Below, piece after piece: positions 34,700 through 46,919 of a stretch of 64,000 nucleotides of DNA. The DNA is from Eukaryota sp. TZLM1-RC (taxonomy: Eukaryota; Protista; Metamonada: BaSk clade): positions 4,555,784-4,619,783 of the forward strand of contig JAUPSS010000004.1 of NCBI GenBank assembly GCA_040285825.1, in the 5' to 3' direction. How positions within the stretch are numbered: position 1 is the stretch's first letter; each line of letters starts with the position of its first letter. The translations under genes were made by a program, and so were the position numbers. The notes beneath the pieces are model-generated. The model did no database searches and was not told the DNA's origin. It saw only the letters and a program-made list of their open reading frames with translations.

Positions 34700-36487
34700 C
34701 TACTCTTTTTTCACTTGTTCTTGACTTTGCAGGCTCTTTTTACGAAGTTCCACTCTTTCTCTTATTACTTGCTTCTTCATTCTGTCCAATTCAGCCCTTT
34801 CTTGATCAAGTACAACAAAAGAATGTTCCAGATGTTTCAACTTGGCCTCCAAGCGTTTGCTTTGTAACTCACAAGCCTTGATCAGCAAATCTCGAACCTC
34901 ATCCTTTTCTCTATTTAATCTTAATTGTGAATTGTATAACAAAGAGCTGGTAACTTGAACATTGGGATCATTAATATCAACTGAGGAGTTGTTTTCTTCA
35001 TTGTATTGTGTAATTGTGTTGGATACTGCATTGGCAATTGCTGTAGCCAAATCGGAAGGTACATTTTCCATTAATTTCCTACTCAAAGCAATCAAATCTG
35101 GTTCATTTTGACCGCCTTTTTGACCCTTATCCAAAACAATTTCCCTCTCAACTGCTTTGTTTTCAATCGGTAAGGTCAAGAAAACCTCTATGCACTCAGT
35201 TGCCCCTCTTCCCACTTTCTCAGCAATAGCATCCCAATCATCACCACAGTCATTGATTGCAGTTAATAACCTGGAGATGTCTTCATTGCTCCACCCTTGT
35301 GGAGGCCTAAAATAATGCTCAGGATGTGCAGAAAGAGTGGGAGAAGAAGTGAATGAAATAGATGAATCTTTTTCTGGTAAAGCTTCCCTTGGCTGAGGTT
35401 CTTTTTCTTTAGGATGATCAACCTTATAATTGATCAACCTCCAATGTTCCAAAAAGGCAAAAACTCTTTGCATTGAGCACACGTCACCGGTCAAACATCT
35501 TCTTATTGAAGTGAAGGTCAAATACTCTGATGGATTACTTCTCCAAGCTTTTATGATAAAATTTCTCCATTTAAAGTACAAATTAGGGTTTTTGGTGGCA
35601 ATCTTTTCATCAAAAAACTCTGTAAAAGCCTCTTTTTCTTTATCGTGAACACTATCCAAATCAAACCACATTGAATACTCTGGGACTAATGGAATTGCAT
35701 CGGCTCTTTTACGTTGTTCTTCTTCCTTTTCCTCTCTACTTTTCTTAACTTCAGGTACATATTCATCTTTATCTTCCACCTTGACCGTCCTCTTTTCACC
35801 AGCTTCCATGGGAGCGGGGGACATTGGGGTTGGAGGAGGAGGAGAGGTGATCGAACCAGGTCGAGCAGGGAACTCTTGTTCTGGTTGCCATTCATTAAGT
35901 CTCGATGATTCAATCAACCAATCAATAGTGACCCCCACAGTTGATGAAGGGAAACCAGGGACGGAAAGAGATTCTGTGTCTGAGAGGAAGGACGACGAAG
36001 CGAGGGGTGGGGGGAAGATGACGTGAGTGGTTTTATCTTCGATATCAGTTATTGGCCAGTGAAGCTTGTTGGCAGCCTTGGTGGCCTCTTCGGCTAGATC
36101 CCCTAACAGAGGAGAGAAGAAGAGAACAGGCTTGGGGAGGAGGTTCTTGGATTCCAAGTTGGTGTTGAGTCTAGTGTAGAGTTCAAGGAATTGGTCGTTC
36201 ATATCAGGGGAAGGGGTAAGATCAATGAGGAACCACTCCTTTTCGTTACGAAAGTCAAGTAAGGTTTCTGCCATTACTTGGAAGGCTGGGGTGGGTCCAA
36301 AGAGAAAGTGCGGGAAGATTGGGATTGAGTGGTAGTATGGACCTTCAGGACCAAAGAGGGCCCTCATTGTCTTTTGAAGTTCTTGGGCGAGATATATAAG
36401 AAAGTCAGAGTTGATGTCATTTTCTGAGAAGCGTGGTTCATTAGAGAGGGCATCTACAAGAGGTTGCCACTGTTCAATATCTGACAT
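34700..36487 (-). CDS. SWI/SNF subunit SWI3/SMARCC (SWIRM + SANT + coiled coil)
   Basis: WFD...VH..E....EFF, RNFII..W..NP..YLTFT, GDV....RV..FLEHW.LINY, W...D...LL.A.....DDW..IAE.VG, LE.KLKH. Likely ATG at 36487. Confidence 0.92.
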   Translation of the reverse strand: MSDIEQWQPLVDALSNEPRFSENDINSDFLIYLAQELQKTMRALFGPEGPYYHSIPIFPHFLFGPTPAFQVMAETLLDFRNEKEWFLIDLTPSPDMNDQFLELYTRLNTNLESKNLLPKPVLFFSPLLGDLAEEATKAANKLHWPITDIEDKTTHVIFPPPLASSSFLSDTESLSVPGFPSSTVGVTIDWLIESSRLNEWQPEQEFPARPGSITSPPPPTPMSPAPMEAGEKRTVKVEDKDEYVPEVKKSREEKEEEQRKRADAIPLVPEYSMWFDLDSVHDKEKEAFTEFFDEKIATKNPNLYFKWRNFIIKAWRSNPSEYLTFTSIRRCLTGDVCSMQRVFAFLEHWRLINYKVDHPKEKEPQPREALPEKDSSISFTSSPTLSAHPEHYFRPPQGWSNEDISRLLTAINDCGDDWDAIAEKVGRGATECIEVFLTLPIENKAVEREIVLDKGQKGGQNEPDLIALSRKLMENVPSDLATAIANAVSNTITQYNEENNSSVDINDPNVQVTSSLLYNSQLRLNREKDEVRDLLIKACELQSKRLEAKLKHLEHSFVVLDQERAELDRMKKQVIRERVELRKKSLQSQEQVKKE

Positions 36488-36622
36488 GCGCTTGTTGTAA
36501 GATTTAATGTAAGCTCTTGAGAATTTCACACAGAGTGAATATTGAATAAATATCCCTAATAATTGTGTAAACTTCTCAGCACCAAGGGTTAGTATACACT
36601 AAACACCTTGGAAATACGTTGA

Positions 36623-38503
36623 TTAAAACAGCTACTGCTGTCTCCTTAGACGTCTCACACGCCTTGGCCTTCTGAATGGTTCTGGCCTAGTACCAGTGAA
36701 ATACTCACTAATTGCAATCTCCAGCTGGTTTCTGGAGGCTGAGATGTCCCTAGACCAGTTGGTCTGACATCGAGGGCAATCGAACTTAGCGTTATTTACC
36801 CTTCCGTCATCATGATAGATCTTTCTATGAAAGACCTTACAGCAATTCATTTTTGCTGAGGTCATAAACTCGTCCCCGACTTTGAGGCTTTCAAAGTGTT
36901 TTTTGATTTGTTTGAGAAATCTCTTTCGGGGGGATTTCACAGATTGACGAGATGGACCACCATCGACATTGCCGAACCAAACTATAGTGTTCCTTCCTTC
37001 AGACAAGCGTTTCATTTTGTTAATAAAACTAGTTATTCTCTTTTGCCTTCGTATGAAAAAAAATCAAACTTATTTCTTCTCAGTTTTTTCTTGCACCACG
37101 CTGCAAATTTCCAGACATAATTGAAGCATATTTAGGCTCTTCCTCAGATTCAGAAACATAAGGTAAACTTATTTCAATCAGATACTCTTGGAAGCTCTGA
37201 GCGGAAAAAGTGTTAGGAGTTGCTTGAGTGAGAGGAGGAGGGTGATTTAGTCTTCGTTCTTTTGGATTCAGTAGCAGTCCAGAACGTTCAAAAACAGGTG
37301 CAGAATTTCGGAAAGAACCAGCAGTTCAACCACAAAGATTGCTGTGGTTGGGATCAATGGCTACAAAAAACAAATTTTCATCAGGATCTCTGTAATTGGG
37401 CTGTTGTTCCACTGGTAACCGCGGTCTTTTCTGTGGATTTGCTGTTCTATGGACACTGGATTTTCGTTTCCTTTCAGAGTAATGAAAATCATAATTTCCA
37501 GAGGCTCGTTTGGGCTCAAATTCCGCTTTACTAGGCCTAGTATAAGTTTTTCTTTCCTTCTGGGTAAACGTAAACCGCAAGGAATCACCATTTGAAAAAA
37601 TGGTATAGTTAATAATTTTGGATTTATTAAAGAACCAATAAGGGTTGTTCAGAAGCTCTTTGTTTGCATTTAGTTTTGTGAAATAAGCTTCTGCTTCTTT
37701 AGTCAAGCTGCAGAAGCATGGAGACCAACTGGACAGTGGAGAGAGAGTGCCTTTTCATCACATCAGGGCAGTTATCTTCTAAAAAAGATAAAATGTACAA
37801 GCCAGATTGAACGATTGTTGCCGCAGACTCTATATTGATGGGAAATCGTTCGTTTCTTATTGAATTTTCGAACAAATTGTCACCACCACCAATATAGGCG
37901 TTGGCTGTCATATTGAGCCAATGGACCAAGATATGCTGATGTATTTCTTGATACCATTGTAAAATTGACTCATCTGGCTGAATCCCTTGAAGTTCACAGT
38001 CGGTGTACTTTTTGGGCCAGGGGCAATTTAGAAACTGAGCACAGCACTTGGAAAAATTGCGTTTCCAGACAACAGTGCCTTCAGCAAGCAACTGACAAAA
38101 GGTTTCTAGGTTTCTAGTTGGAACTCTCGACTGTCAAGAAGAGTGGAAAGACACCAAAATCTACCACCGTCGGCTGAGGTGATTTCATTCAGCGGTTGCC
38201 AGGGCCAAAAGTGCTGAACAAACTTTGAACAACTTTGGTAAACCAAAGGATGGTTCTCAAATGGCCTCGTTTGTTTAGGCTCACTTTGGCAAACAAAGTC
38301 GAAACAGAGGCTCCAGAACTGGCTTTGAGTAAGCCACATAGAGTGTTCTGGGTATTGGAGCACAAAGAGTCGTGCTAGATGAGTAGCATGAGCTCCAATA
38401 CTAGCAAGAACTTGGAACTGGCGTTCCATAGCTTCTTGTGCCTCTGAGTCGAAGAACTGGTTGACAGACGCTTCCACAGTTGTAGTTTGTAGAACGTTAT
38501 CCA
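36623..38503 (-). pseudogene. Fanzor1 near-full-length, family C, disrupted
   Basis: N-terminal LASIGAHATHLARLFVL, SNGDSLRF, RuvC-I VAIDPNH, VWFG, RuvC-II GDEFMTS..NCC, CPRC, RuvC-III WSRDISASRN, RPEPF. Confidence 0.88.
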
Positions 38504-38820
38504 TGGCAGTCAACACAGAACGGAAACAGTCAGAAATGATTGAAAATTTGTTTCTTAAAATAGAAAATTTGTTGAGGTCAATCAATCTTATAGTTGTCAA
38601 TTCAAAGTAAAGTTAGTTACAAGTGCTTATTAATGATACATATCGTTCAAGATTACTTTCTGAATATTTTCCTTTCTTCAGACAAGAACTACATGTTACA
38701 AAAGTTGGTGAGTGGAGTTTGGTTGGGTTGTCATCATTCCCCAGATTTGTAATTGAATTTCATTTCATCACTTACAACATTTCATCACTTACTACGAACC
38801 TTCTCCCTACAAATAACACT

Positions 38821-39186
38821 ATGGTCACGCCTTCTGACCACCACAAATCTCAATTTATGTCGGTTGTTGGGTCGGAGATTTTCAAACACAAGTACTACTG
38901 TAGAGTACGTCAAACTGGTAAAACCAAGGAAGAGATAGAATCCTTGCTTGCAGCTACTACCACTCTTTATGTCGGAAATCTTTCTTTTTACACATCAGTG
39001 GAGCAGATTCATGCTCTTTTCTCTCGTGCTGGTCGTATCAAACGTATCATTATGGGACTCAACAAGAAATCACTCAAACCATGCGGTTTTTGCTTCGTTG
39101 AATACTATACCCTCGCATCGACTGAGATTGCCATGAGGTATATCAACAGAACAATACTAGATGAAAGGGAAATCCTGATTGTTTGA
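38821..39186 (+). pseudogene. NCBP2: Nuclear cap-binding protein subunit 2 (CBP20), 3'-truncated
   Basis: [28 protein letters not shown].....[10 protein letters not shown]; stops after LDERE and lacks the DWD.GF..GRQ.GRG segment. Confidence 0.8.
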
Positions 39187-39349
39187 TGATTCGGACACAA
39201 TGCAGCTTTAAGACTTTCACCTGTGGTAACCAGTCAAAATAATGAACAAATTTCAATTTTCTCACTTCTACTTCAATCAGTCACAATGATGTCATAACAT
39301 CATCTCCATTTATACTGTAATATGTCACAAACCACATGTTTAAGGTGTG

Positions 39350-39930
39350 TGTATTTTTTTTAATTTTTTTATTAAAAACCTATAAATCAAGATCTAAAAA
39401 ATCCATCTCTTCCAGAACAAAATCACTAGCTCCAACTTTCTCATGGTCAGATCCAAAAGAAAGCAAAGCATCAGAATTGATGCGGCGAGCAGAAAGAGAC
39501 ATAACAAAAGGTTGGGCAATGGGATTATATCCACAATAGCATATTGTTTGGGGCGTATTGTTTTGGGGGAGTTTTGAGGGAAAATTGAAATTGGGAATGT
39601 TTGGGGGAATTGTATTCATCATAAAAATCAATCTCAGTCCAAGTTTGACCAAAAAGGAAATCAAATTCAAAAATCATTCGTTAAATTGAACTGAACTGAA
39701 CTGATATTTAGAGTGAATGTTTTCCTGATAATGTAAGGGCAAACCACCTAAAACGCTGGTGAATTTGACGTATTGTGTTAAAAAATTGTAATAACAATTA
39801 ACAATAGTTTTTGAAGGCTTGGATTTTAATGTTCAGTGCACATTACAAAAACAATGCTGTTGTACGGTTTGATGGTGTGGAAGCTTGCTTTGAAGATATT
39901 GATTTCAAGATTGTATTTTTGAAAATAAAT
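39350..39930. mobile_element. Two short CRE-like 3' tails (39350-39480 on minus; ~39760-39930 on plus)
   Basis: DALLSFGS..E.VGAS.FVLEEMDFLDLDL is like the end of 19298-19726; RFDGVEACFEDIDF is like the end of 6831. Confidence 0.6.
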
Positions 39931-42067
39931 TAAATTTAAAAAAAACAGGAGAATCCAACCAATAATTAAAAGAATTAGTTGAACTTTTTGCTTTTGTATG
40001 TGAGTAACCTAATTTTAAAAATTATGCCGTCAGGGAAATTAAATTTATTTAAATTCTAATGATCATTCTTTTGTTTGTTTGATTATTGTAGATCAATCAC
40101 AATATTATGTTTCCCCACCAGCTCTTCTTCATTGTAACTTATGTCCCTTAAAAGCTATTGTATCGATGGTTCGTTTGAAATGCTAGTCATCCGATTGGAT
40201 TCTTTGGTTCAATCCAAAAAAACTTGATGTTTGATGGTGTTGATTATGATCCATATATTGTTAACTTCTCAGTTTTTCCAAATGTTGAGGTTGTTAAGCT
40301 TGGTGGAAGATCGAAATCTCATAAATTTTCTATATATCTGGAACATTTATTTATTTATCTCAAAATTCTACAACTTGATTGTAGCACCAATACTGAACAA
40401 TTACCCACTTCACTAGTGACCTTAGTACTGAACAATGATGGTATTGAGGTTTTATTATTTATTGTTTATTTATTTATTTGAGATTTTACTTCTGAATACT
40501 TATCTATGCATGAATGTAAAAGAAAAATCAGAAACATCATGTCCCAAATTGGCAAACATAAGATTTACCTTTTGCCAAGTTTTCTGTCAATAGTGCCTAA
40601 CGAAAATTATAATGTGTTTCCCAATGAATTACTCAACATCTTTGATTAACAAAATGAATTTTAGAAGAAGAACAATAACAACACACTATATAAGAATTTG
40701 CTGGCCGTGTTTGGGGCACAAATCTGGAACCTGCTTGTGTTTCTGCACACAGCCTCTTTATGGAAAGGAACATTTCTTTGTGTGTATATTTTAGAGGCTG
40801 ATGACCTATTTGATACATAATTTTTTCAACTTTTGTTGGGTAACTAGGGGTCTTTTAATTAGAATACTTAACGGTTTTGTATCTCGAGGTATGTTGATGT
40901 TTTTGTCTTTTAGTCACAACGCTAGTGTTCTATTTGTTATTTAACCTTACTTTTCAATGATTTTTTTAAATCGATTCTAGTATTCCATTATTGAATAATT
41001 AGTATTTATCATAACTATTTATCAATGATTATTATTATCTGAATAATAGAAGCGTGAAAATGTCCAATAAACACAAGAAACGATCAAGGTTGGAATAAGT
41101 TTCATCCTGTTATATAAATCATCTTCATTTATTTTCATGACTTGGATTTAAGGTCACTCTTCATAGAATTGCTCAAACTCAACTTCGATTTTGATGTCAC
41201 TAAATATGAGCAGATTGTGTCTGAACAGGAATGATCCAGATCTTTGATTGCTGATCTTTGGTTTTCAGTCATTGATGGAATCAATTCAATCAATTCTGAT
41301 TGTCCACAACAAGAAAGTTGGTGCACTGACTACCAGTAGTCTTCTGGCTATCGATGTCTCTCAAGGAAAATGATCAGCAGAAAATTATTCACTGTTTATA
41401 CACCGAATTCACTGCGAATTACCACAGATGATTTACCAAGCCAGCTTTGGTTGCAACTTCAAATGCAAAGAAATTTGACCAATTTTTCACTTATGTATAT
41501 GAACCTCCTTAAATCGTACAAAACCAATACATTTACCAAAGTTTTTGTAATTGAAGTTGTAATTCCAATGACCTTTATTGTAACTCATTTTGTTATCTCA
41601 CAACAAATCTCCTTTGTTGGAATATTTTCATTCTTGTGTTAGTGAGCATTAGTGGTAAGAACTGGTCTAAAATTCAATAATTGAGCAACTCAGTGAGTTA
41701 ACAGTCACTGTTTAATGAATTTTTATCGGAAGAATTCCTTCAAGGTTGAATTCCTCAGCAAAAGAGAATGTCTACTGATAAAGAACCTTCAAGAGTGTTA
41801 TCCCAATTGTCAAGTGACTAGAGCACTTTTGCAAGTGTTTTCACATTGATTAACATGAGCTGAAAAAGAAACAAAAACCACATGAGCAATCACCCTAGAA
41901 CGATAAAGAAAAATAGAAAGAAATAAATTTACACAAAAATGCTTATTTAATGATCAAAAAAACTAATCGACAACAAAAGACAGTGACATTTACACTTAAA
42001 AATTAATAAATAATTAAACTAATAAAACCATGAAAAAATCCAAAGAAAATAAATTTAAATTTAAATT

Positions 42068-42718
42068 TTACCTTTTTCTACAGTTTTTGATGGGGTCTTC
42101 TAAGAATTCTTTTCGCATCCTAGTATAGAAATTCCGGTACTCTGATTTGGATAGAGTGTTCTGTAAACTACGCAGATATTCTGGGTTTAACCGTGAAATA
42201 AATGAGTCACGAATAGCTCGCATGAGGACAGTATCTACAAACGAGTCAGGTATTTCACTGAAAAAGTCAATTGTGGAAGACGGTTCTTGTGTGGGGGGAA
42301 TAGGTTGTTCGATTAAATCCAAAGGTGGCGTTACATGAGTATCATCTGGTTGGTCTGCATGATTATCCAAGTTTTCAGCCATTTCTAGGAAGGCTGAAGT
42401 TTCAGCAGCTTCTTCTTCTGTAAGTTGTGGGGAGCGAGGCCTTTGGATTTTTGTTGGAGGTTGAATTACGGATGGACGTTCCATTGTATGTAGGAACGTC
42501 TTCTTCAGATATTTGTGATATCTATCTCTGATTGACTGAAACGTGTGTGGTAACAGCTGTGAATTTCTGTGAAAGTGGTCTATCGCATGTTGCCAAAAGA
42601 TGTTCCCACCAAGCTTAAGGGCATCAAGATCCCCACCGACTCGGGTTAATTTCTGTTCGATGTAAGTTAAAATTAAGTCATCTTCTTCAGAGGAGAAGAA
42701 GTGACGTCCTCGAGGCAT
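42068..42718 (-). CDS. Rap1/TERF2IP-type Myb domain protein
   Basis: GR..FSSEED..IL.YI...GGN..W......HTFQSIRDRY.KYL; ATG at 42718. Confidence 0.7.
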   Translation of the reverse strand: MPRGRHFFSSEEDDLILTYIEQKLTRVGGDLDALKLGGNIFWQHAIDHFHRNSQLLPHTFQSIRDRYHKYLKKTFLHTMERPSVIQPPTKIQRPRSPQLTEEEAAETSAFLEMAENLDNHADQPDDTHVTPPLDLIEQPIPPTQEPSSTIDFFSEIPDSFVDTVLMRAIRDSFISRLNPEYLRSLQNTLSKSEYRNFYTRMRKEFLEDPIKNCRKR

Positions 42719-42752
42719 AACTACACTGGAATTTTTGCATCTGACAAACACC

Positions 42753-43445
42753 ATGCTGATCTTCACACTTGCTCTAATGATTTGTGATGCCTTCGCGTGG
42801 GGACCATATACCCATCAGAAACTTTGTATAGATATGTCCGAGACCTATAACACTCAATCTGGTTGCTCAATTCCAGATGCTTTCAAACCACTTCACTCAA
42901 AGCTGCATAGCATAGACTTTGGTAAATACTTTGCAACCCAGTTTCCTTCCAATTTTTCCAGAGGGTACTTTTATCATATTATTCAGGATGCTGTTGGTCA
43001 TCATAAGCAGTATCCTTACCTCATTCCTGAACACAACCGTGCATTAGAGTTGAGTGCTGATACGCATAGCGTGTTTTCCCTTGATGATTTCAACTACACT
43101 CGACCTGGAGAGAGTGAACTTTTCCAGATATTCACTGCGTGGAAGAATTTCTTGGATATTTACCCAAGTTTACCTTCATTTAGTTTCAAAGACTTTGTTG
43201 ATGCTGAACATAGGTTTTATGACACTGTTGCAGCTGAATGGTTTGGAATTCTAGCCAATAAACACTTGTACAAGAACATCATGAAGATTTATGGGCCATG
43301 TAATGTTACTTCCAAACAACAAGCCATCAAAGTTTACCAGAATGCACATAGAATCAGTATTGAGTCTTGTAAGCTTTGGAACCAAGAATGGTCTGTTATC
43401 TTGAAATATATTAATGAAAACTTAGAGAAGAGTTTATGTGTTTGA
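42753..43445 (+). CDS. Secreted zinc-dependent phospholipase C/P1-nuclease-like protein
   Basis: Signal peptide, then WGPYTH, PD, HIIQDAVGH, and H...E. Confidence 0.7.
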   Translation: MLIFTLALMICDAFAWGPYTHQKLCIDMSETYNTQSGCSIPDAFKPLHSKLHSIDFGKYFATQFPSNFSRGYFYHIIQDAVGHHKQYPYLIPEHNRALELSADTHSVFSLDDFNYTRPGESELFQIFTAWKNFLDIYPSLPSFSFKDFVDAEHRFYDTVAAEWFGILANKHLYKNIMKIYGPCNVTSKQQAIKVYQNAHRISIESCKLWNQEWSVILKYINENLEKSLCV

Positions 43446-43599
43446 TTCGGTTTGAGTTTTTGAGTTTTTGAATTGTGTATGTAATAAATGTTGTTCAACT
43501 GATCAATTGTTTCGTTTCATCAATATGGAATCAGGTTGTGGTATCTATATTTTAATGATTAAATTCCTTGTTTGATGATTTCTTGAATTGGTGTAATCA

Positions 43600-43895
43600 A
43601 TTTAATTGTTTAGAATATTCTATACAACCATAGCTTGATTTTATCATCAATGACCTCCATCAATTTCAAGAAATTTCTGAAGTTATAATTTATTGTAAAA
43701 TTAAAGTACTTAAGGTAATGTATTAAAAATGGCAAATTGAATCCGAGAGCGTCATAAAAAATATCAAATCTTTTCATTGTTTTTTCTTGAACCATTTTTT
43801 GGAAGTCATTCAAAAAAAATTTCTGCTTCTACTGATAGTCTTCCGTTTATCGAAAATGGGAAAGCAATAAAAACAAGTGGTCTATTTCTACCAGC
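43600..43895 (-). mobile_element. CRE-like 3' fragment related to 27031-27300
   Basis: AGRN..LVFIAFPFSINGR..EAE.F.NDFQ..KRFD match. Confidence 0.65.
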
Positions 43896-43986
43896 ATAAA
43901 TTATTGAAAACAATTATAATCATTAGACCTATTTTTATAGAGGTCTTCGTTCTTTGAGGTTAACACAACCTGCCAATACACCTTAC

Positions 43987-45372
43987 ATGACCACTGCTCC
44001 TATACCTCCACCCTCTTTTGAAACCAAGTCATTCGAGTCTTTTCTCGATGAAGCACTTGCCAAGCTCAATATAACTGATCCAATTGACACAGATGCTACG
44101 GAAGGGTCCCCAGAATGGGGTCGAAATCGTCCCCATCTGCTCATCATGAACGAGTCAGGACTACCTGTTCATTCTCTCCATGGTGATGAACACTCTCTTG
44201 GGTCCTTCTTTGGGGTCGTATCTGCTACTATCGGGCTAATCTCCAGCATCGGTGATAGCCTCTCTTCCACCAACGCAGCTCTTTCTTCTTTCAACCCCAA
44301 TCTTATTGAGGCTGGAACCACCAACGTTGCCTTTTTTTACAAGCAATCTCTCATCTTTGCTCTTGTCTCATCTCTCCCCCCTCCAATCCTACACCACCAG
44401 CTCTCTCTGGTTCATGGGCTGATCACCTCTCTTCTGACTGGTATCAGGGTGTCTGTTGAACAGAAGAAGCTCTGTAACTATCTCTCTTCTTCTAAAAACT
44501 TGTTTGAAAACCTTCTCAACATGCTTTCCTCTTCTCTCACCCCCTACTTTGGCGCTGTTGAATCCCCCCTCTTTACTCCTTCTCTTGCTTCTCAGCTCAC
44601 TTCTGCAATGTCTTCAACACCCCCACCCTCAATTCTTTTTTCCATGGTGTGTACATTGGATTTAGTTGTTTCTTTGGCATGTGCTAAGAATGTTGGAGAG
44701 ATACATGAATTTGACTTGACTCTACTTTTAAATCTTATTCAATGTCAAACCACTATCCATAAGCAAGGTGTTTCTAATTTATTACCTTTTTGTTTTACTT
44801 TCACCTCATCAATATCAAAATCATGGGTTTATCTGAATATTGAATGTGTTTCAGAGGAAGATAAGCTTTTTATCGTAGTTGGGACCTCAAAAGCCAAGGA
44901 CTCTGAATTACTCTTCAATTATTCAAGGCATTTAAAATCAGAAATTTCCTCTATTTTACCAGCTTTATCAAAATCATTAATCAAATCAGCAATAGTTAAC
45001 TGGGGTGTATTAGGGTTACGTCATTTTGTCTGCTACTTTCCTAAATCACGACAGTTTTTGAGCGGGAAATTTGACCCTCCTTTACATTTTAAGTCTATAC
45101 ATCATCAAATAATTCGTAAATATTTGGAAATTCATGGTGATTTATGTTTTTCACATGATAATCAGATTGATTTTTCTAGATTAAAAAACGGGAAAGTAGT
45201 AGTTCAAAAAGGTTCACCTTTGGGAACATTTGCTGCATTTGGAACATCCGATTATGTACTTTATACTCTATTTGATTGTTTTATTGATTCAGAGGTGATT
45301 ATAGAAGGGTGTGATCAATTAATTCATCAATTGAAAGCCAATGTGGCTGAATTAATTTCAGTTCAATGGTAG
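43987..45372 (+). CDS. MON1: Vacuolar fusion protein MON1-like (longin domains)
   Basis: HLLIMNESGLPVHSLHGDE..L...GV..A, DL.LL.NL, PFC, LRHFV; ATG at 43987. Confidence 0.75.
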   Translation: MTTAPIPPPSFETKSFESFLDEALAKLNITDPIDTDATEGSPEWGRNRPHLLIMNESGLPVHSLHGDEHSLGSFFGVVSATIGLISSIGDSLSSTNAALSSFNPNLIEAGTTNVAFFYKQSLIFALVSSLPPPILHHQLSLVHGLITSLLTGIRVSVEQKKLCNYLSSSKNLFENLLNMLSSSLTPYFGAVESPLFTPSLASQLTSAMSSTPPPSILFSMVCTLDLVVSLACAKNVGEIHEFDLTLLLNLIQCQTTIHKQGVSNLLPFCFTFTSSISKSWVYLNIECVSEEDKLFIVVGTSKAKDSELLFNYSRHLKSEISSILPALSKSLIKSAIVNWGVLGLRHFVCYFPKSRQFLSGKFDPPLHFKSIHHQIIRKYLEIHGDLCFSHDNQIDFSRLKNGKVVVQKGSPLGTFAAFGTSDYVLYTLFDCFIDSEVIIEGCDQLIHQLKANVAELISVQW

Positions 45373-45512
45373 CGATCATTTGTAAATAAATTTATTAAAT
45401 CTCAAATATATTTTTCACTATTTTCTTGAATTACACTGCTTTATCGAATTCAAATTACAATCAAAACACAGTAATAGAATTATTATTTACAAAATATAAG
45501 AGCAACAACAAC

Positions 45513-46751
45513 TTAAACACCAAACTCCAACAATGCGAGTAACAAAGTTGCTGAACCCCAAGAAAAAGGGTGTTCGCTTTTAAAAACAATAGCATTAAAC
45601 ACCTTCAATTCCTTATTGTCATGAAAAACCTCATGCACCACCCCATCTCTCCTCACCACTCTATTCATCTCTGTTAGAATGTTGTACGCCATGGTCTTAT
45701 CTCCAGCTTTGAGAGCTACATATGAGGCCCAAGCAATTGAGAATGAATGATAAAGGTTATCGCTATAATGTCTCAACCCAATGGCTTTGGTTGCACTTGA
45801 TATCCAGTTCTTGGGATATGGAGGGAATGATGCACAACCAGGTATAGAAGCCGTGCCCTCACTGCAGTTCCATAAACCATGAGAGGAAAGAGTAGCGTAA
45901 AGAGTGGATTGTTCAAGATTGGTGAAAAAATTGAAAAAGTATGAAAAGAAATAATTATCCATTCCCACAAAATTAAAGTTTTCAACTGAATAAATCAATG
46001 AATTTTGAACAAATGTTGACTTAATTAAACCAGCCATTTGGACATGACTTATGGGAAAATTCTTGAATAACTCAAAAGATTTACCTAATTCCAAGGCCTT
46101 CCACACAAATAGATTGGTCAAGAATGTTTTCCCTGCTACGATTAAATCAATTCAAGTCAACAAACGTCTCTTTGCGTTATCTGCCCAATCACTGTACTCT
46201 GGCTGGGTAACAAGACCTTCCTGCAAGTGTGGAATGTAAAACCTCATTGCTGATTCAAGAGATGCTCTATGGCGAAGAAGGAAGGTGGAATCGTTAGTGT
46301 TGAGCACGTACTGTAAGGTAGAGATCACTACTAGTGCATTTCCATCAATGGCCTTTTCTCCACCATTGCCACCTACGTAGTAGGATTTAAGAGGTTCTTT
46401 TACAGTTGGAAATATGTGCAAAGGGGAGAGAGCATATCGTTCGGCTAAAGGAATGTGGTCAAACAATCTGGCAACAAGATTGTCTTTACTTCGAATATTA
46501 GATAAGATGATTTCCAAGTGTTCTTTGACTGTTTGAGTGTGACCTAATTTAAGTAGAGCTGGGACACAAAAGGCAAAATCTCTGGTCCACAGACCTCCAA
46601 ATACATGAGATCCTGCACGGACATAAGAGGAACCAGATTTCATCTCAACTATGTTAGATTCAAGTGATGACTTGGCTGTTTCATAAAGATCGGAGATAGG
46701 GGAAGCACTGATAGTGACCAAGAGCACGAAACAACAGAAAAAAATCTTCAT
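45513..46751 (-). CDS. Secreted six-hairpin glycoside hydrolase (GH15/GDE-like), 2 exons
   Basis: Signal peptide, WTRDFAF, DGNAL, Q.EYSDW.D; 30-nt GT-AG intron 46165-46136 restores KRPGKTFLTN; HEV...E.PFSWGS. Confidence 0.75.
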
Positions 46752-46919
46752 TATATAAGCAAAAACAGCTTCTATTGTATTAAGTGTAGAAACCTAATCA
46801 AAGAAGTGAAGACTCTAATCTTTAAATTCGGAAATTCGGGATATTTCCAAAATCTCAATTTGGAAGGGTTGAAATCCTACCAACTTTGAGTTATCACAAA
46901 CATTCACGTCCCAACACAA

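Noticed and set aside
40090-41640. Leucine-rich-repeat-like gene debris (also 63660-64000)
   Set aside because: Short disrupted fragments with no supportable gene model.
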